Source of the DNA: Eledone cirrhosa
Taxonomy: Eukaryota
Direction: 5' to 3'
Assembly (NCBI GenBank): GCA_964016885.1
Contig: OZ024750.1
Span: forward strand, 25,172,001 to 25,236,000
DNA: 64,000 bases
Under the pieces are notes generated by a model, which was given only the letters and a program-made list of their open reading frames with translations, was not told where the DNA came from and ran no database searches. A program made the translations under genes and the position numbers. Of the stretch, positions 11,018-24,391 are shown in pieces. Positions within the stretch are counted from its first letter, which is position 1. Every line of letters begins with the position of its first letter.

Positions 11018-11019
<2 letters not shown>

Positions 11020-12753
11020 TCATCATCATCATCAGGTTTAGCGTCCGTGTTCCACGCTTGCATGGGTTTGGACGGGGGTTTTCCCACTTGAGGCAAGAGT
11101 GGTTGTCTTGCTCGCATAGGACTGTCTGGCGGGTTTTCTACAGTTGGATGCCCTTCCTAACACCAACCACATTTACAGTGTGGGGCTGGGAGGTTTTTAC
11201 CGTGTTGCCTACACGGCCACATTACAGCGTGGACTGTCTGGCGGGTTTTCTACAGCTGGATGCCCTTCCTAACACCAACCACATTTACAGTGTGGGGCTG
11301 GGAGGTTTTTACCGTGTTGCCTACAAGGCCACATTTACAGCGTGGACTGTGTGTTTTTTGTCGTGACACCTACACGATCTCATTTGTTTCGGCCTGGATG
11401 TTGTGGGACCAACATAACTTTACATTGAAAGGGGCGGTGTGGGTGGAGGTGGTGGGACGGGGGTGTGTTTTGATAGAGATGCCTACTGACTGTAGTAGGT
11501 TTTTACTTTGTATTTAGGTAAGGCGGGTCTTCTCTATTACTGAGTACCGCCAAAGGTCTCGGTCCAGTGACATTGTCTTGGAGAGGTGTAAGCGTGTGAG
11601 GTCGGAATTTATCAGCTCGTCCCATGTTTTTCTGGGTCTGCCTACTCCGTGGCTACCGTCTATCTTTATTGCCCTGCACTTTGTTATACAGCTGTCGTCT
11701 TTCATGCGCATCACGTGACCGTACCAACGTAGCCTTCTCTCGAGTAAACAACATCTGATCCCTCTTATTTCTAATTTTTTCCTTAGTTCGTTTATGCTTT
11801 GCCGTTCACGTATATTACTATTGCACATCCAGCGGAGCATGCAAGCTTCGTTCCTCTCTAGTCTGCGTATATCCTCTGCACACAATGCCCAGGTCTCACT
11901 GCCATGCAGCATTGCTGTTCGTATGCAGGCATCGTATAACCTGCCTTTCATTTTTAGGGAGAACCCTCTAGCGGCTAATAGTGGTATAAGCTCTCTGAAC
12001 TTTTTCCATCCAGTTCTGACTCTAGCTACTGTACTTTCAGAGCACCCTCCCCCACTGCTGATTTTGTCACCCAGATAACGGAAGCTGTCCACTATTTCTA
12101 TAGAACCCTCTGCGCAGTTGAAGGAGCTAGTATTTTGTGGGCACTTGCTGCTACTTATTGCACCAGAGCACCGGCCACATGTAAAATCTATGTTCTTAGT
12201 TAGCTTACCTGTGATCCCACTACATCTTTTATGCACCCATACTTTGCATTTGGGACATAAAATGGAGTTTCTACCTACGCCTTTCCTACACACTGAGCAT
12301 GGCCATTTCCCAGATGGGACCGCCGCCTTATTTTCTTTCCTACAAACTAGAACTTTAGTCTTAGCCAGGTTAATTTTAAGGCCTTTTGATTCTAGGCTGT
12401 GCTTCCATGTTTGGAATTTCTTCTCTAGTTCGGTCATTGATTCAGCTATGAGCGTTAGATCATCTGCGTATAGGAGTTCCCATGGGCAGCCGGTCTTGAA
12501 CTCCTCTGTTATAGCCTGAAGGGCAATAATAAATAGTAGGGGGCTAAGAACAGAGCCCTGATGGACACCAACTTTTACGCTAAACTCTTCACTATATTCG
12601 TTGTTAATTCTAACCTTACTGACTGTTTCTTTATACATGGCTTGTATAGCTCTCACAAGCCATTCGTCAACACCTAGTTTTCTAAGAGACCACCAGATAA
12701 TGGAACGGGGGACTCTGTCGAAGGCTTTCTCCAAGTCGACGAAAGCTAAGTAT

Positions 12754-12757
<4 letters not shown>
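11018..12757 (-). mobile_element. RTE-clade LINE, 5'-truncated, inserted in (TA)n
   Basis: RT-encoding ORF, ~500-nt 3' UTR, (TGA)n tail; TA runs on both sides. Confidence 0.95.
11514..12757 (-). CDS. RTE LINE ORF2 fragment: reverse transcriptase + PHD-like zinc finger + C-terminal domain (no native start)
   Basis: LAFVDLEKAFD, GVHQGSVLSPLLF, LLYADD, FRYLG, RRLRWYGHV and GRPRKTW motifs; no stops over ~410 codons. Confidence 0.93.
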
Positions 12758-12784
<27 letters not shown>

Positions 12785-12843
12785 GTATTAATTATACTAT
12801 TTATGGTTCTGCAAGTCATATAAGTGTTCATTCAATAATAAAT

Positions 12844-12890
12844 TGCTTCGAAGAATCCAAACCTCGGTTTGGAGGAAACAGTTGTAAGCA
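12844..12890 (+). ncRNA. Degenerate hammerhead-like motif
   Basis: UGCU-ucGAAGA-aUCCAAACC(uc)GGUUUGGAg-GAAAC-AGUU-GUA|AGCA; core reads UC instead of CU; lies in a TA-flanked island. Confidence 0.4.
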
Positions 12891-13331
12891 TAAAAATGTT
12901 TTGAACAGTTCTTTGATTCTTATAATTCATATATATATATATATATATCCAAAATTAAGATAAATCAAAATTAATTTAATCTAAATCAAAATTATGGGTG
13001 TCATGCCAGAAAGGCATGCGCCATATCACCCGTAAAATAAACTCCAAGATTCTAATGAATAGGTCCGAGCATTTTATAACAACTAGAAATTGATTAACAT
13101 ATAAATAAACATATGAAACAATCACAGGGGATAATTTTTACAAGTGTGTAAGCACACATAGCTAGGTAGGTAACTAAATAAAGTTAACTAGAACTTCAAA
13201 AATAGATACCTTATAATATGATTAATCTTCCCTGTATATATTCCATTAAAGAAATATATTTCACCAATTAATCGAATGGTAAACGACGGAGGCCGATACT
13301 TGGATTTTCAACAAGGAAGAGTCCAGCGGTC

Positions 13332-13384
<53 letters not shown>

Positions 13385-13544
13385 TGGAGGACCAATTATA
13401 ATTGTGGAATATACAGTGATTCATTAAGTTATATTTAAAATGAAATAAAGGGATGTGTGTAAGTTGAAGACATTTTATGTTTGAAATCTACTTATAGTTT
13501 ATCCCCATTGCCGTCATTTCGGTTATCATTACCATAATTACTCC

Positions 13545-14765
13545 CATCATTACCATCATCATCATCACCATCACACCCACAATCATCATCATTATTACCA
13601 CCATTACCATCATCATCCTCATCATCATCACCATTATCACCATCACCATTATCATCATCATCATCATCATCATCATTACCACCATCTCTCCCATCATCAC
13701 CACCATCCCTCCCACCATCACCTCCATCGCCACCATCCCTCCCACCATCGCCACCATCCCTCCCACCATCGCCACCATCCCTCCCACCATCGCCACCATC
13801 CCTCCCACCATCTCTCCCACCATCGCCACCATCTCTCCCACCATCGCCACCATCACCACCATCTCTCCCACCATCACCACCATCCCTCCCACCATCGCCA
13901 CCATCCCTCCCACCATCGCCACCATCCCTCCCACCATCCCCACCATCCCTCCCACCATCCCCACCATCCCTCCCACCATCCCCACCATCCCTCCCACCAT
14001 CCCCACCATCTCTCCCACCATCACCACCATCTCTCCCACCATCTCTCCCACCATCCCCACCATCTCTCCCACCATCACCACCATCTTTCTCACCATCGCC
14101 ACCATCTCTCCCACCATCACCACCATCTCTTTCACCATCACCTCTCTCACCATCACCACCACCATCTCTCCCACCATCGCCACCACCATCACCACCATCT
14201 CTCTCACCATCGCCACCATCTCTCCCACCATCACCACCATCTCTTTCACCATCACCTCTCTCACCATCACCACCACCATCTCTCCCACCATCGCCACCAC
14301 CATCACCACCATCTCTCTCACCATCCCCACCATCTCTCCCACCATCACCACCATCTCTCTCACCATCCCCACCATCTCTCCCACCATCGCCACCATCTCT
14401 CTCACCATCGCCACCATCTCGCCCACCATCACCACCATCTCTCCCACCATCACCACCATCTCTCCCACCATCACCACCATCTCTCCCACCATCACCACCA
14501 TCTCTCCCACCATCGCCACCATCTCTCCCACCATCGCCACCATCTCGCCCACCATCACCACCATCTCGCCCACTATCACCACCATCTCTCCCACCATCAC
14601 CACCATCTCTCCCACCATCACCACCATCTCTCCCACCATCTCTCGCACCATCTCTCCCACCATCACCACCACCATCTCTCCCACCATCACCACCACCATC
14701 TCTCCCACCATCACTACCATCTCTCCCACCATCACCACCATCACCACCATCACCACCATCATCCT
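13545..14765. repeat. (CCA/CAT)-based cryptic minisatellite, ~21-bp units
   Basis: ccaccatctctcccaccatca variants; source of the MVGE pseudo-ORF. Confidence 0.9.
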
Positions 14766-15169
14766 TATCATAATTTATTTTATTGACTCTAAAAGGTAAA
14801 GTTGGCTCGAGTTATATTTGAAATCTAAGTGCTGGGTTTCTGCAGAGTTTCTGTTTCTTTGATTCTATTAAATGTACCAATATTTGTTCAATATTTATTA
14901 TAGCTTTTTAAGCACAAAATAAATATTTTATATGCTTCTAATGTAATTCTGTTAGAATTTCTGTTGATCCGTGCTAGCATGGAAGAATGGACGCAAAACA
15001 GCGATGATGATCATTAATGCCATACAGTAAAATTATCATTATTGTTCTGTTGTTTTATTAATAAGCTTAACAGATGCCTTAAAGAAGAAGTAAGCTTCTA
15101 GTGTGCCAAATTTACAATGTAGCTACCACTCCCAGTTGGAACAGTTTCACTTCATTTCCTTTAGTTCAT

Positions 15170-15350
15170 TAATTGTTTCTACTTTTGGCACAAGGCCAGC
15201 AATTACCCAATATATTACTGGTACTTTATTTTATCGACCCCGTAAGGATGAAAGGCAAAGTTAACCTCGGCGGGATTTGAACTCAAACCATAAAGGGGCG
15301 TAATTCTTTGCTGCAAAGCATGGCGTCAGACCCTCTACCGATACTGCCAG
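15170..15350 (-). mobile_element. SINE family B copy
   Basis: Matches the consensus; cattaat duplicated on both sides. Confidence 0.85.
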
Positions 15351-15368
15351 TTCATTAATGGTTTAGAG

Positions 15369-15684
15369 TAATGGTTCCCAACCTTATGTGCACCATGCCC
15401 CATCTCAACATCTAAAGAATTGTTATCTCTCCCTTTGACATGAAAACAGCAATGATCAACTTCAAAGTGTAAACAAATTGGTGTATAAGTGGTGCCTAAT
15501 GCACAATAACATGGAGGAGGTGAGACGGGAAGTTTCTGACAGTAATGTGCACCAAAGTTGCCTTGGTGTAAAAGTAATAAAGTAAAACCTGAGGTTTGTT
15601 CTCATTAACATCATTTTCAAATGGCCCCCTTAAATATTCAAATTGCCCCCCTGTGAGGTGTGTGTTCCACGTTGGGAATCATTG
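15369..15684. mobile_element. hAT-type MITE
   Basis: TIRs TAATGGTTCCCAACC / CGTTGGGAATCATTG; degenerate 8-bp TSD gtttagag/gcttcgag. Confidence 0.65.
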
Positions 15685-15839
15685 GCTTCGAGGAATGTTT
15701 TCCCTTTGTACAAGAAATCTTGAGACTGTCATTAACCCCTTTTGATACCCCCTATCCTCACCCCCTGAAACTGCCCCTGGTTTCATGATATAGTTATTTG
15801 CTTTGTAAACACCTTCCATGTTGTCCAGTGCTCTAGTAT

Positions 15840-16370
15840 GAGCAGTGTCAGATACCATGCTTTGTAGCATATAGTTATGTCCCTTTATGTTTTGAGTTCA
15901 AATCCTGTCAAGGCTATCTTTGCTTTCCATCCCTGTGGGGTCAATAAAATAAAGCACCAATAGCAAACTGGGGTCGATTTAATTGATTTTTCCTCCCCCA
16001 AAATTGCTGGCATTGTGCCTAAATAAAAAATCATTGAGTTCAAATCTCGCTGAGGTTAGCTTTGGCTTTCATCCCTACGGGGTTGATATAAAATAAAGAA
16101 CCAGTAACGAACTGGGGTCAATTTAATTGATTTCCCCCTCCCCTCAAATTGTTGGCATTGTACCTAAATCAGAAACTATGGTGGCTTGGCAATATCGGTA
16201 GAGGGTCGGACGCCATGCTTTCCAGCATAGTTACGTCCCTTTGCGGTCTGAGTTCAAATCCCACCGAGGTTAACTTTGCCTTTCATCCTTATGGGGTCGA
16301 TAAAATAAAGTACCAGTAATGCACTGGGTAATTGATGGCCTTGTGCCAAAAGTAGAAACAATTATTATTG
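15840..16370 (+). mobile_element. Cluster of three SINE family B copies, head to tail
   Basis: Three gagttcaaatc...ctttcatcc...aaaataaag bodies of differing divergence. Confidence 0.85.
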
Positions 16371-17451
16371 TATATAAGAATCTTTGGGAAGCTGTTCTCC
16401 TGTCATTTTCCTGACATTTGTACATTATTCTATGTACTATACATGCACCTTTGATGAGTTGTAGTGCACCCGAGCACTGTACACAATAATTTCATTATTA
16501 TTATTATAAACACCAGCCAAATAATGAGAAAGTTAGTTATATTACTAAATCCCACTAATTTCTTGATTATTTTCAAAATTATCTGAAATTTTTTGGCAGT
16601 GTCTATAATTATGAAGAATTAACGTTTAACAGTGACTAAAGTAATCGATGTTGGCAGAAGCAGCAGTTATCTAAATACGATGCTTTATTGTAACCACATT
16701 GATGTTTCACATTTCCAAGATGAGATCTCATTCCATGTTAAAATAATTACTAGATAAACACACTATGGTGAAGACTGACAATTACACAGTTTATTTCTAA
16801 AGAAAACCACAATTGTATAACTATTATATCATCATCATCATCTTAATGTTCATCATCATCATCGTCTTCATCTTCATCACCATCACTTTTACACTGACTT
16901 TTTCATGCTGGCATGGGTTAGACAGCGTTTTTTAGGCAATGTTTTACTGTTGTATGCCCTTATTGACATCAACACATTTTGGTTATATTAACACTGCTGT
17001 ATAAAGTATATATATATAGTCAACTTATACTAACACTGCTCTATAAAGTATATATATAAAGTTCAGTTATACTAACACTTTTGTATAAAGTATATATATA
17101 TATGTAGTGAACTTATACTAACACTACTCTATAATGTATATATATAAAGTCCAGTTATACTAACACTGTATAAAGTATATATAAAGTCCAGTTAGACTAA
17201 CACCACTGTATAAAGTATAAATATAAAGTCCAGTTATACTAACACTACTCTATAAAGCATGAAGGCACATGGTTAGACCGATACAGCTTAGCACCAGTGA
17301 TGTTGCAATTCATTTCTAAATATCTTTTACATAAAATATATTTGGTGAATTTAAATTTGGATTAGGGTTAAGCTAAAGTTACCTAAAACCGCCACCAAAT
17401 TATCTAGAATTTTGGTCCTTAAATATTCAGTTTTACACTCCCATTATTACA

Positions 17452-17768
17452 GAAGGTGCATGACTTAGTGGTTAGAGCATCGGGCTTAGAATCATGAGGT
17501 TGTGAGTTCGATTCTCGGATTGAGATTTGTGTTGTGTTCTTTATTTCATGTTGCTCCAGTTCATTCAGATGTAGAAATGAGTTGTGATGTCACTGGTGCC
17601 AAGCTATATCCCTTGGACAACATTGGTGGTGTGGAGAGGGGAGACTGGTATGCATGGGTGACTGTTGGTCTTCCACAAACAACCTTGTCTGGACTTGTGC
17701 CTTGGAAGGAACTTTCTAGGTGCAAATCCCATGGCCATTCATGACTGAAGGATGTCTTTACCTCTTAC
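17452..17768 (+). mobile_element. tRNA-derived SINE, family A head with a different body and tail
   Basis: A/B boxes and ttgctccagt...gtagaaatgag shared with family A, then an unrelated body. Confidence 0.7.
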
Positions 17769-17781
17769 TCTATAAAATATA

Positions 17782-18895
17782 ATGTCCAGCTATGTTAACA
17801 CCACACCACTGTATAAATTATATATATATATAAAGTCCAGCTATGTTAACACCACACCACTGTATAAATTATATATATATAAAGTCCAGCTATGTTAACA
17901 TCACACCACTGTATAAATTATATATATATATAAAGTCCAGCTATGTTAACACAACACCACTGTATAAATTATATATATATATAAAGTCCAGTTATGTTAA
18001 CATCACACCACTGTATAAATTATATATATATATAAAGTCCAGCTATGTTAACACAACACCACTGTATAAATTATATATATATATAAAGTCCAGTTATGTT
18101 AACACCACACCACTGTATAAATTATATATATATAAAGTCCAGTTATGTTAACACCACACCACTGTATAAATTATATATATATAAAGTCCAGCTATGTTAA
18201 CATCACACCACTGTATAAATTATATATATATATAAAGTCCAGCTATGTTAACACAACACCACTGTATAAATTATATATATATATAAAGTCCAGTTATGTT
18301 AACACCACACCACTGTATAAATTATATATATAAAGTCCAGTTATGTTAACACCCAACCACTGTATAAATTATATATATATAAAGTCCAGTTATGTTAACA
18401 CCACACCACTGTATAAATTATATATATATAAAGTCCAGTTATGTTAACACCACACCACTGTATAAATTATATATATATAAAGTCCAGTTATGTTAACACC
18501 ACACCACTGTATAAATTATATATATATAATGTCCAGTTATGTTAACACTACACCACTGTATAAATTATATATATATAAAGTCCAGTTATGTTAACACTAC
18601 ACAACTGTATAAATTATATATATATAAAGTCCAGTTATGTTAACACCACACCACTGTATAAATTATATATATATAAAGTCCAGTTATGTTAACACCACAC
18701 CACTGTATAAATTATATATATATAAAGTCCAGTTATGTTACCACACCACTGTATAAATTATATATATATAATGTCCAGTTATGTTAACACTACACCACTG
18801 TATAAATTATATATATATAAAGTCCAGTTATGTTAACACTACACAACTGTATAAATTATATATATATAAAGTCCAGTTATGTTAACACTACTCTG
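17782..18895. repeat. ~49-51 bp AT-rich satellite, about 22 copies (diverged relatives at ~16985-17255)
   Basis: gtccagttatgttaacaccacaccactgtataaat(ta)n-aa repeats. Confidence 0.95.
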
Positions 18896-19451
18896 TAAAT
18901 TATATATTTCAGACATCATAAACATACTGAAGATAAAATCATTCTTTTCCTCATCCTTTAATTTTAAATTCATCATTACCACATATTTCTTCCATTTATC
19001 TTAATTAATCTTTTACAAAAACCCAGACATTAGTGTTAGAAATTGAATCCTTCTTAATAAGCCTTACTCTAACATAGCATGCAAATATCCAACATTTTGG
19101 AACCATAAAACTGGAGCTAGCCTAGAAAATAGATTAAGAGAGTGAAATAATTGTTTCTACTTTAGGCACAAGGTCAGCAATTATCCAGTACATTACTGGT
19201 ACTTTATTTTATCGACCCCGTAAGGATGAAAGGCAAAGTTAACCTTAAGCGAGTGAAATAATAAAAGAATTAAATGAATAAAATTTTCAAGATTTGAGGT
19301 TTTGCCAGATCTATGGAAGTTAATGTGAACATGCATACATAGATATACATAGAGCATATGTGCAAATGTAGGCGTGTGTGTGTGTATAGAGAGATATAGA
19401 TAGATATACATAGAGCACATATACAAATGTATGTATGTGTATGTATATATG

Positions 19452-19484
<33 letters not shown>

Positions 19485-20239
19485 GTTTATATATGCATTA
19501 CAAATGAAAATGGTCAGTTTGCCAAAAGGAAAGATTTCCCTTGCTTTGTATTAGCATACTTACTGCCTTTCATTTATTTTTATGACATTAATTATTAAAT
19601 CTGAAACAAAACTTCTATTTTTGTTCTCAAATCGAAGTCTGCACTTTGATGTATTTCCAATGATATATTGTGGTCAGTCATTGGATGTTTCTATTGTGGT
19701 CAATTTTATATTGAACTTCATGGTCAGTTTTATATTAAACTTCAAATATGCCAATTGGCAATATATGTAAAAAGAATTTGTTTTAAAGTTCAATATTTAG
19801 TTTAATATATTATTGGTAAATAGTTTTTGTTTATTCTATCGATCAGTTATTTTTTAAAACATTCTATAATTTTCTTTATGGAATATATCATGTAAATACA
19901 GTTTAATAGAAATAGTGTGGTGATAGGCAGATTGATAAATATAAATATATATATTTTTATCAAAACCTTATTTTGTTGCTGGTATTTATTTTATTGACCC
20001 TAAGACTTCTAGATTTTAAACTTTTTACTATTTTCTGCTGAAATTTCAAATAGGAAATTGACTTGCTTTAAAGCAGTAATGCTCATGTAATTTTATATCT
20101 ATATTCCGTTATAAATTAAAATTAAACTGGAACAGTTAAATATTTTATTTTCATCCCATTAAACTATCATTATTGATATTTTTTGAGGTTCCTGAACTAA
20201 AGTTAGATTCCTTTGTTTTGTTCCAAAATCCCAAATCCA

Positions 20240-20562
20240 AGGCCTTCTTATTCCTGGTCGAGGAACCCCTTCCTGGTTGACCTCTATTGCTCCATATTGA
20301 CCCATGTGGGTCAAAGCTATCAGGTTTGATCATTGCACTATCTTGCTTTTGGCTGCCCTCTAGTTCTTCTCCACTGCCTTAGCGTCTAAACTGTTGTCTC
20401 GGAAATGGAAGACATGGCCAGCCCATCTATGCCTTCCTTTCTTGATGGTCTTGATTATGTTCTTCATGCCAGTCTGCTGTCAAATCCTTGTGTTGTTCTT
20501 CCTGTCAAGTAAAATGATGCTCAGAATGATTCGCTCCATTTTACGTTGAGCCGCTGCAAACA
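20240..20562 (-). pseudogene. Decayed RTE-clade ORF2 C-terminal fragment (older family)
   Basis: AAAQRKMERIILSIILLDRKNNTRI*QQTGMKNIIKTIKKGRHRWAGHV, a typical RTE post-RT motif, with a stop. Confidence 0.8.
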
Positions 20563-22477
20563 TCTTATTATTCAATGATAATTCTGAACAAATAGCAGAA
20601 AAAAAATTTTCAACAAGAAAAATATGAAATATAAATTTCATGTTTTCCAACCCAGGTCTACAGTTTTGAAGCTTACCTATTTCATTATTTTACATTTTAT
20701 TTATCAAATCAAAATATAATATAGACCTGTGAATTGTTTTTTTTTAATGTTTGTAGTTAAAATTTGAACATATATTTGAATATTCTCAGTTAAGTTATTT
20801 TTAAAAATATCTTCAGTGATTTTATAGCTAAAAAGTGAACAGATTTTATAGTTAAAAGGTGACATAGATTTTATAGTTAAAAGGTGACATACGACTGTCT
20901 ATGTTTACTGTAAATATTGGTAGCATGACCCTCCCAAAGTATAACAATTCTAAGTTAAGTTATTTCAAAGATCTCCTGTGATTTTATAGTTAAAATTTGA
21001 ACATAGTTACATTTTACAAACTGTTTACTAAATACAAATATTCTAAGTTAAGTTGCTTTAAAAAAGATCTTCAGTGATTTTATAGTTAAAATTTGAATGT
21101 ACAGTTACATACTACTGGTTATGTTTACTGCAAATATTCCAAGTAAAGCTATTTTAAAATAAAACTATCTTCAGCAGTGATTTTTGTATCTAATTATATA
21201 TAATTGATCAGTGATATTATTCTATAGCAACCAGAAAATAAACCAGAAGACATTGGTTATATTTCATTCAGATTCACAACACAAATTTGATTGTATTTGT
21301 TAATTTGGGGAAACAGCAGAGATGTTTTATAGATTAAATTATATTGTTGAATAATTAAAACAATTAGCAAAGACAAAGATAAAATGTTATTGCCAACTTT
21401 CTTCTGTTTTTCAATAATTTACCTCAGAGCTGAACTATTTCTCTGAAATATAAAATATATAAAATACAGATTAAAACTTCAATCTTACTCTTCTTTTGTT
21501 AGACTTTATCTTTCTTTTGTTCCTTTTCATCTTTTTTAGTATTTTCTTCTTTCTTCTCCACCTGCACTCATTCTCCCCCCTCCTCTCTCTCTAGATCTCT
21601 CCTCCTGTCATTTCTCTCTTGCTCTCCTTTGCTCTCTCTCTTTCTCTTCTTCCCCCCTCTCTCTCTTGCTCTCCTTTGATCTCTCTCTGTCTTACTCTCT
21701 CTCATTCTTTTTTCTTTTCTAAATTGTTTCTGTCTCTCTCACACACACACACACACACAGACACACACATTCTCTATCTCTGTAGATGTATATAACCAGT
21801 ATATATGTATATATATGTATACACTACTTTCTGCTACTATTTCCTTCTTCTAGATGACCTTAGCCTATCCATCTCTGACCTTTACAAATCTCTTCATGGC
21901 ATCTATACTTATTGGCCTGTACAGGTCGGAAATAATTAAGACATTATGACCAAAATCTTATGTTTTCTATATTTAATAAATGCTATATATCTAAATATTT
22001 AATTTACAATTTATACTTGAATAAGCAGATCTGAGTATAAGCAGACTCCCAATTTTGTGTCTGAAATAGGCAAACATCTTAACCCTTTTTATAAGTCATG
22101 GCAGTTAATAAACATGTTTTCATGGTGTAGTTTTGAAATTCTCATGAGTGGAGAATATATTTATGAAATTTTAATATTTTGTTATTTAAAATGTTTTAAG
22201 TTTTCGTTTAGAATATAGTTTTTTGTTTTAAAACTCCATTACATATTTTATCTCTCTCTCTTTCCCCCTCTCTATCTTTCTCATCACTCCCCCCCCCATC
22301 ATTTGAAATAGAAAGTTTATTAGTTAATCAATATATTCTGATTATCAAAAAATGTTAAAAACATTAAAAATATTTTTTAATAATATTATTTTAATGTTTG
22401 TTCAGTCAACTTATATAATATTTTGATTTACTACACTAAATATAACATTGATGTACATTATATATAATATATGTAGT

Positions 22478-22652
22478 AGTTGTGGCAGTAGTAGTGTGGT
22501 GGTGGTAGCTGAAGTAGTAGTAGTGGTGGTGGCAGTAGTAGTAGTGGTGGTGGTGGCAGCAGTAGTAGTGGTGGTGGTAGTAGTAGTAGCAGCAGCAGTA
22601 GTGGTAGTAATGGTGGCAGTAGTAGTAGTAGTAGTAGTAGTGGTAGTAGTAG
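22478..22652. repeat. (GTA/GTG/GCA)n trinucleotide repeat
   Basis: Mixed triplet run. Confidence 0.95.
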
Positions 22653-22719
22653 TTCTATAAATAATCTTTAATGAGACATTGCTGAAACTTGTTTCCAATT
22701 AAAGTTTCCTAAATGAGAA

Positions 22720-22764
<45 letters not shown>

Positions 22765-22813
22765 TTATATATATATATATATATATATTAGTATCATGAT
22801 AGATGTATATGTA

Positions 22814-22876
<63 letters not shown>

Positions 22877-23849
22877 AATTGGTGTTGTTGTTTTTATCAT
22901 GTTATATTTTGTATTTTTTTCCCCTGTCCTTGGTTTCTTTTGTATTTTAGATATACTCTGACTCAAAATCTCAGTATAGAGATTCAACACAAGAAATAGT
23001 TTTACCAGGGTTTATTACATTTTTTTTTCTTTTACTCAACTGTTGTTTATTACTGTCTGAAATAAAATCAGTTTTTATTGTTAGTAGAATACCAAGCAGG
23101 TAATTATTAAAGGTACTAATGACAGGTGTGGCATACAATTTCAATTTCACAACTACTTCATTTGTTCCTTAAACCAATTGTAAAGATTCTAAGAATTATT
23201 ATATTGTCATTCAGAAATGACTAACCGAATTATTAGATGTAGTTAATGTGTGATGCTAGTGAGATAAGTTGGAATACAATGGATTAGAACTATTTAATTA
23301 GTCACCACTGCAATTATTGTTAGAATATAATTCTCTGCAATATATTTCACAGCTGAAAAACATCATTTCAAGAGGAACCCTTTCCTCTATCTACTTATGG
23401 TAGCATTGTTCTACAGACACACAGGCTTGTGTATAATAAAGGAATTTTACAAATGATTAATTCCATATGATAAAGCCACCCTCAAAAACACAAAATCAAA
23501 AGACAATTAATGTATAACCCGAAGTAGAGTTTATGATTCATAAGACAGGATATCAAGATCTTATCCCTGAAATTACTATAACCAATTTAATCTTAATGAA
23601 AAACGAACATTCCATTCTGGAATATATTTTACAGCATTCATTAAAGTAATTTCAAAATTAAGATCATATAATAAACTCTGCTTCAGGTTAGACATTATTA
23701 TTTATTTATTTATTTTATTTATTTTTGGGTGGGGTGGTGCAGTTACATTATTTTAATTCTCATACATAGTTGATATTAAGAATGGCATTCTGGAAGGGTC
23801 TCAAATCTTGTGTGTGTGTTTTGTTATTTATTTGATTACAAACTTACCA

Positions 23850-24142
23850 AAGTCTAAAGTTTTTCCCAAGCCCAGAGATTCATTAAGCCAATGCTGATTC
23901 CGGTTACCTTCATGTTAAGCGACTGAGAGTGCAAGAGCCCCCCCCCCTCCCTTCTATCCTGGACAGAACACCAGTCAATTGTTGGGTTAACTCCTGCACC
24001 TATTGCTGGTACTTGTTTTCTGCTGAGTATGCTGGAGCAACGTGAAATAAAGTGTTTTGCTCAAGAACACAACACACAACCCAGTCCAGAAATCAAACCC
24101 TATTATGATTGCAAGTCCAACACCCTTACCATTCAGCCGTAT
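23850..24142 (-). mobile_element. tRNA-derived SINE, family A head + V-domain-like body
   Basis: Minus: A-type head, then gactggtgttctgtccagg...cagtcgcttaacatg..aaccgg, resembling the V-SINE central domain as recalled. Confidence 0.55.
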
Positions 24143-24391
24143 TTACCTATACAATTTATTTCCCCTGAAATACTCACCAAAAATGAAATTTAAAACAAAC
24201 AAACAAACAAACACTGTTTTGTCAAATGACTGAAGTTTCAGGATTGTCTTAGGCTGTCCCTGGTACATTTTTTTCAACAGTTTGAACCAGCTGACCTGGT
24301 ATTCCAGTTCCATGATTGGTTATAGCCTGTAAAACTAATATTCCATTTTATCATACACTTCTGTTTAATAACCATTATTTACATGGCAGTA

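Noticed and set aside
11794-12963. Plus-strand ORFs overlapping the RT
   Set aside because: Antisense shadows of the RTE ORF2.
13488-14771. 427-aa Met/Val/Gly/Glu ORF, superficially like a Met-rich cephalopod protein (reflectin)
   Set aside because: Triplet-based CCA/CAT minisatellite; lacks reflectin Tyr/Arg/Asp/Pro content and motif; no splice or start context.
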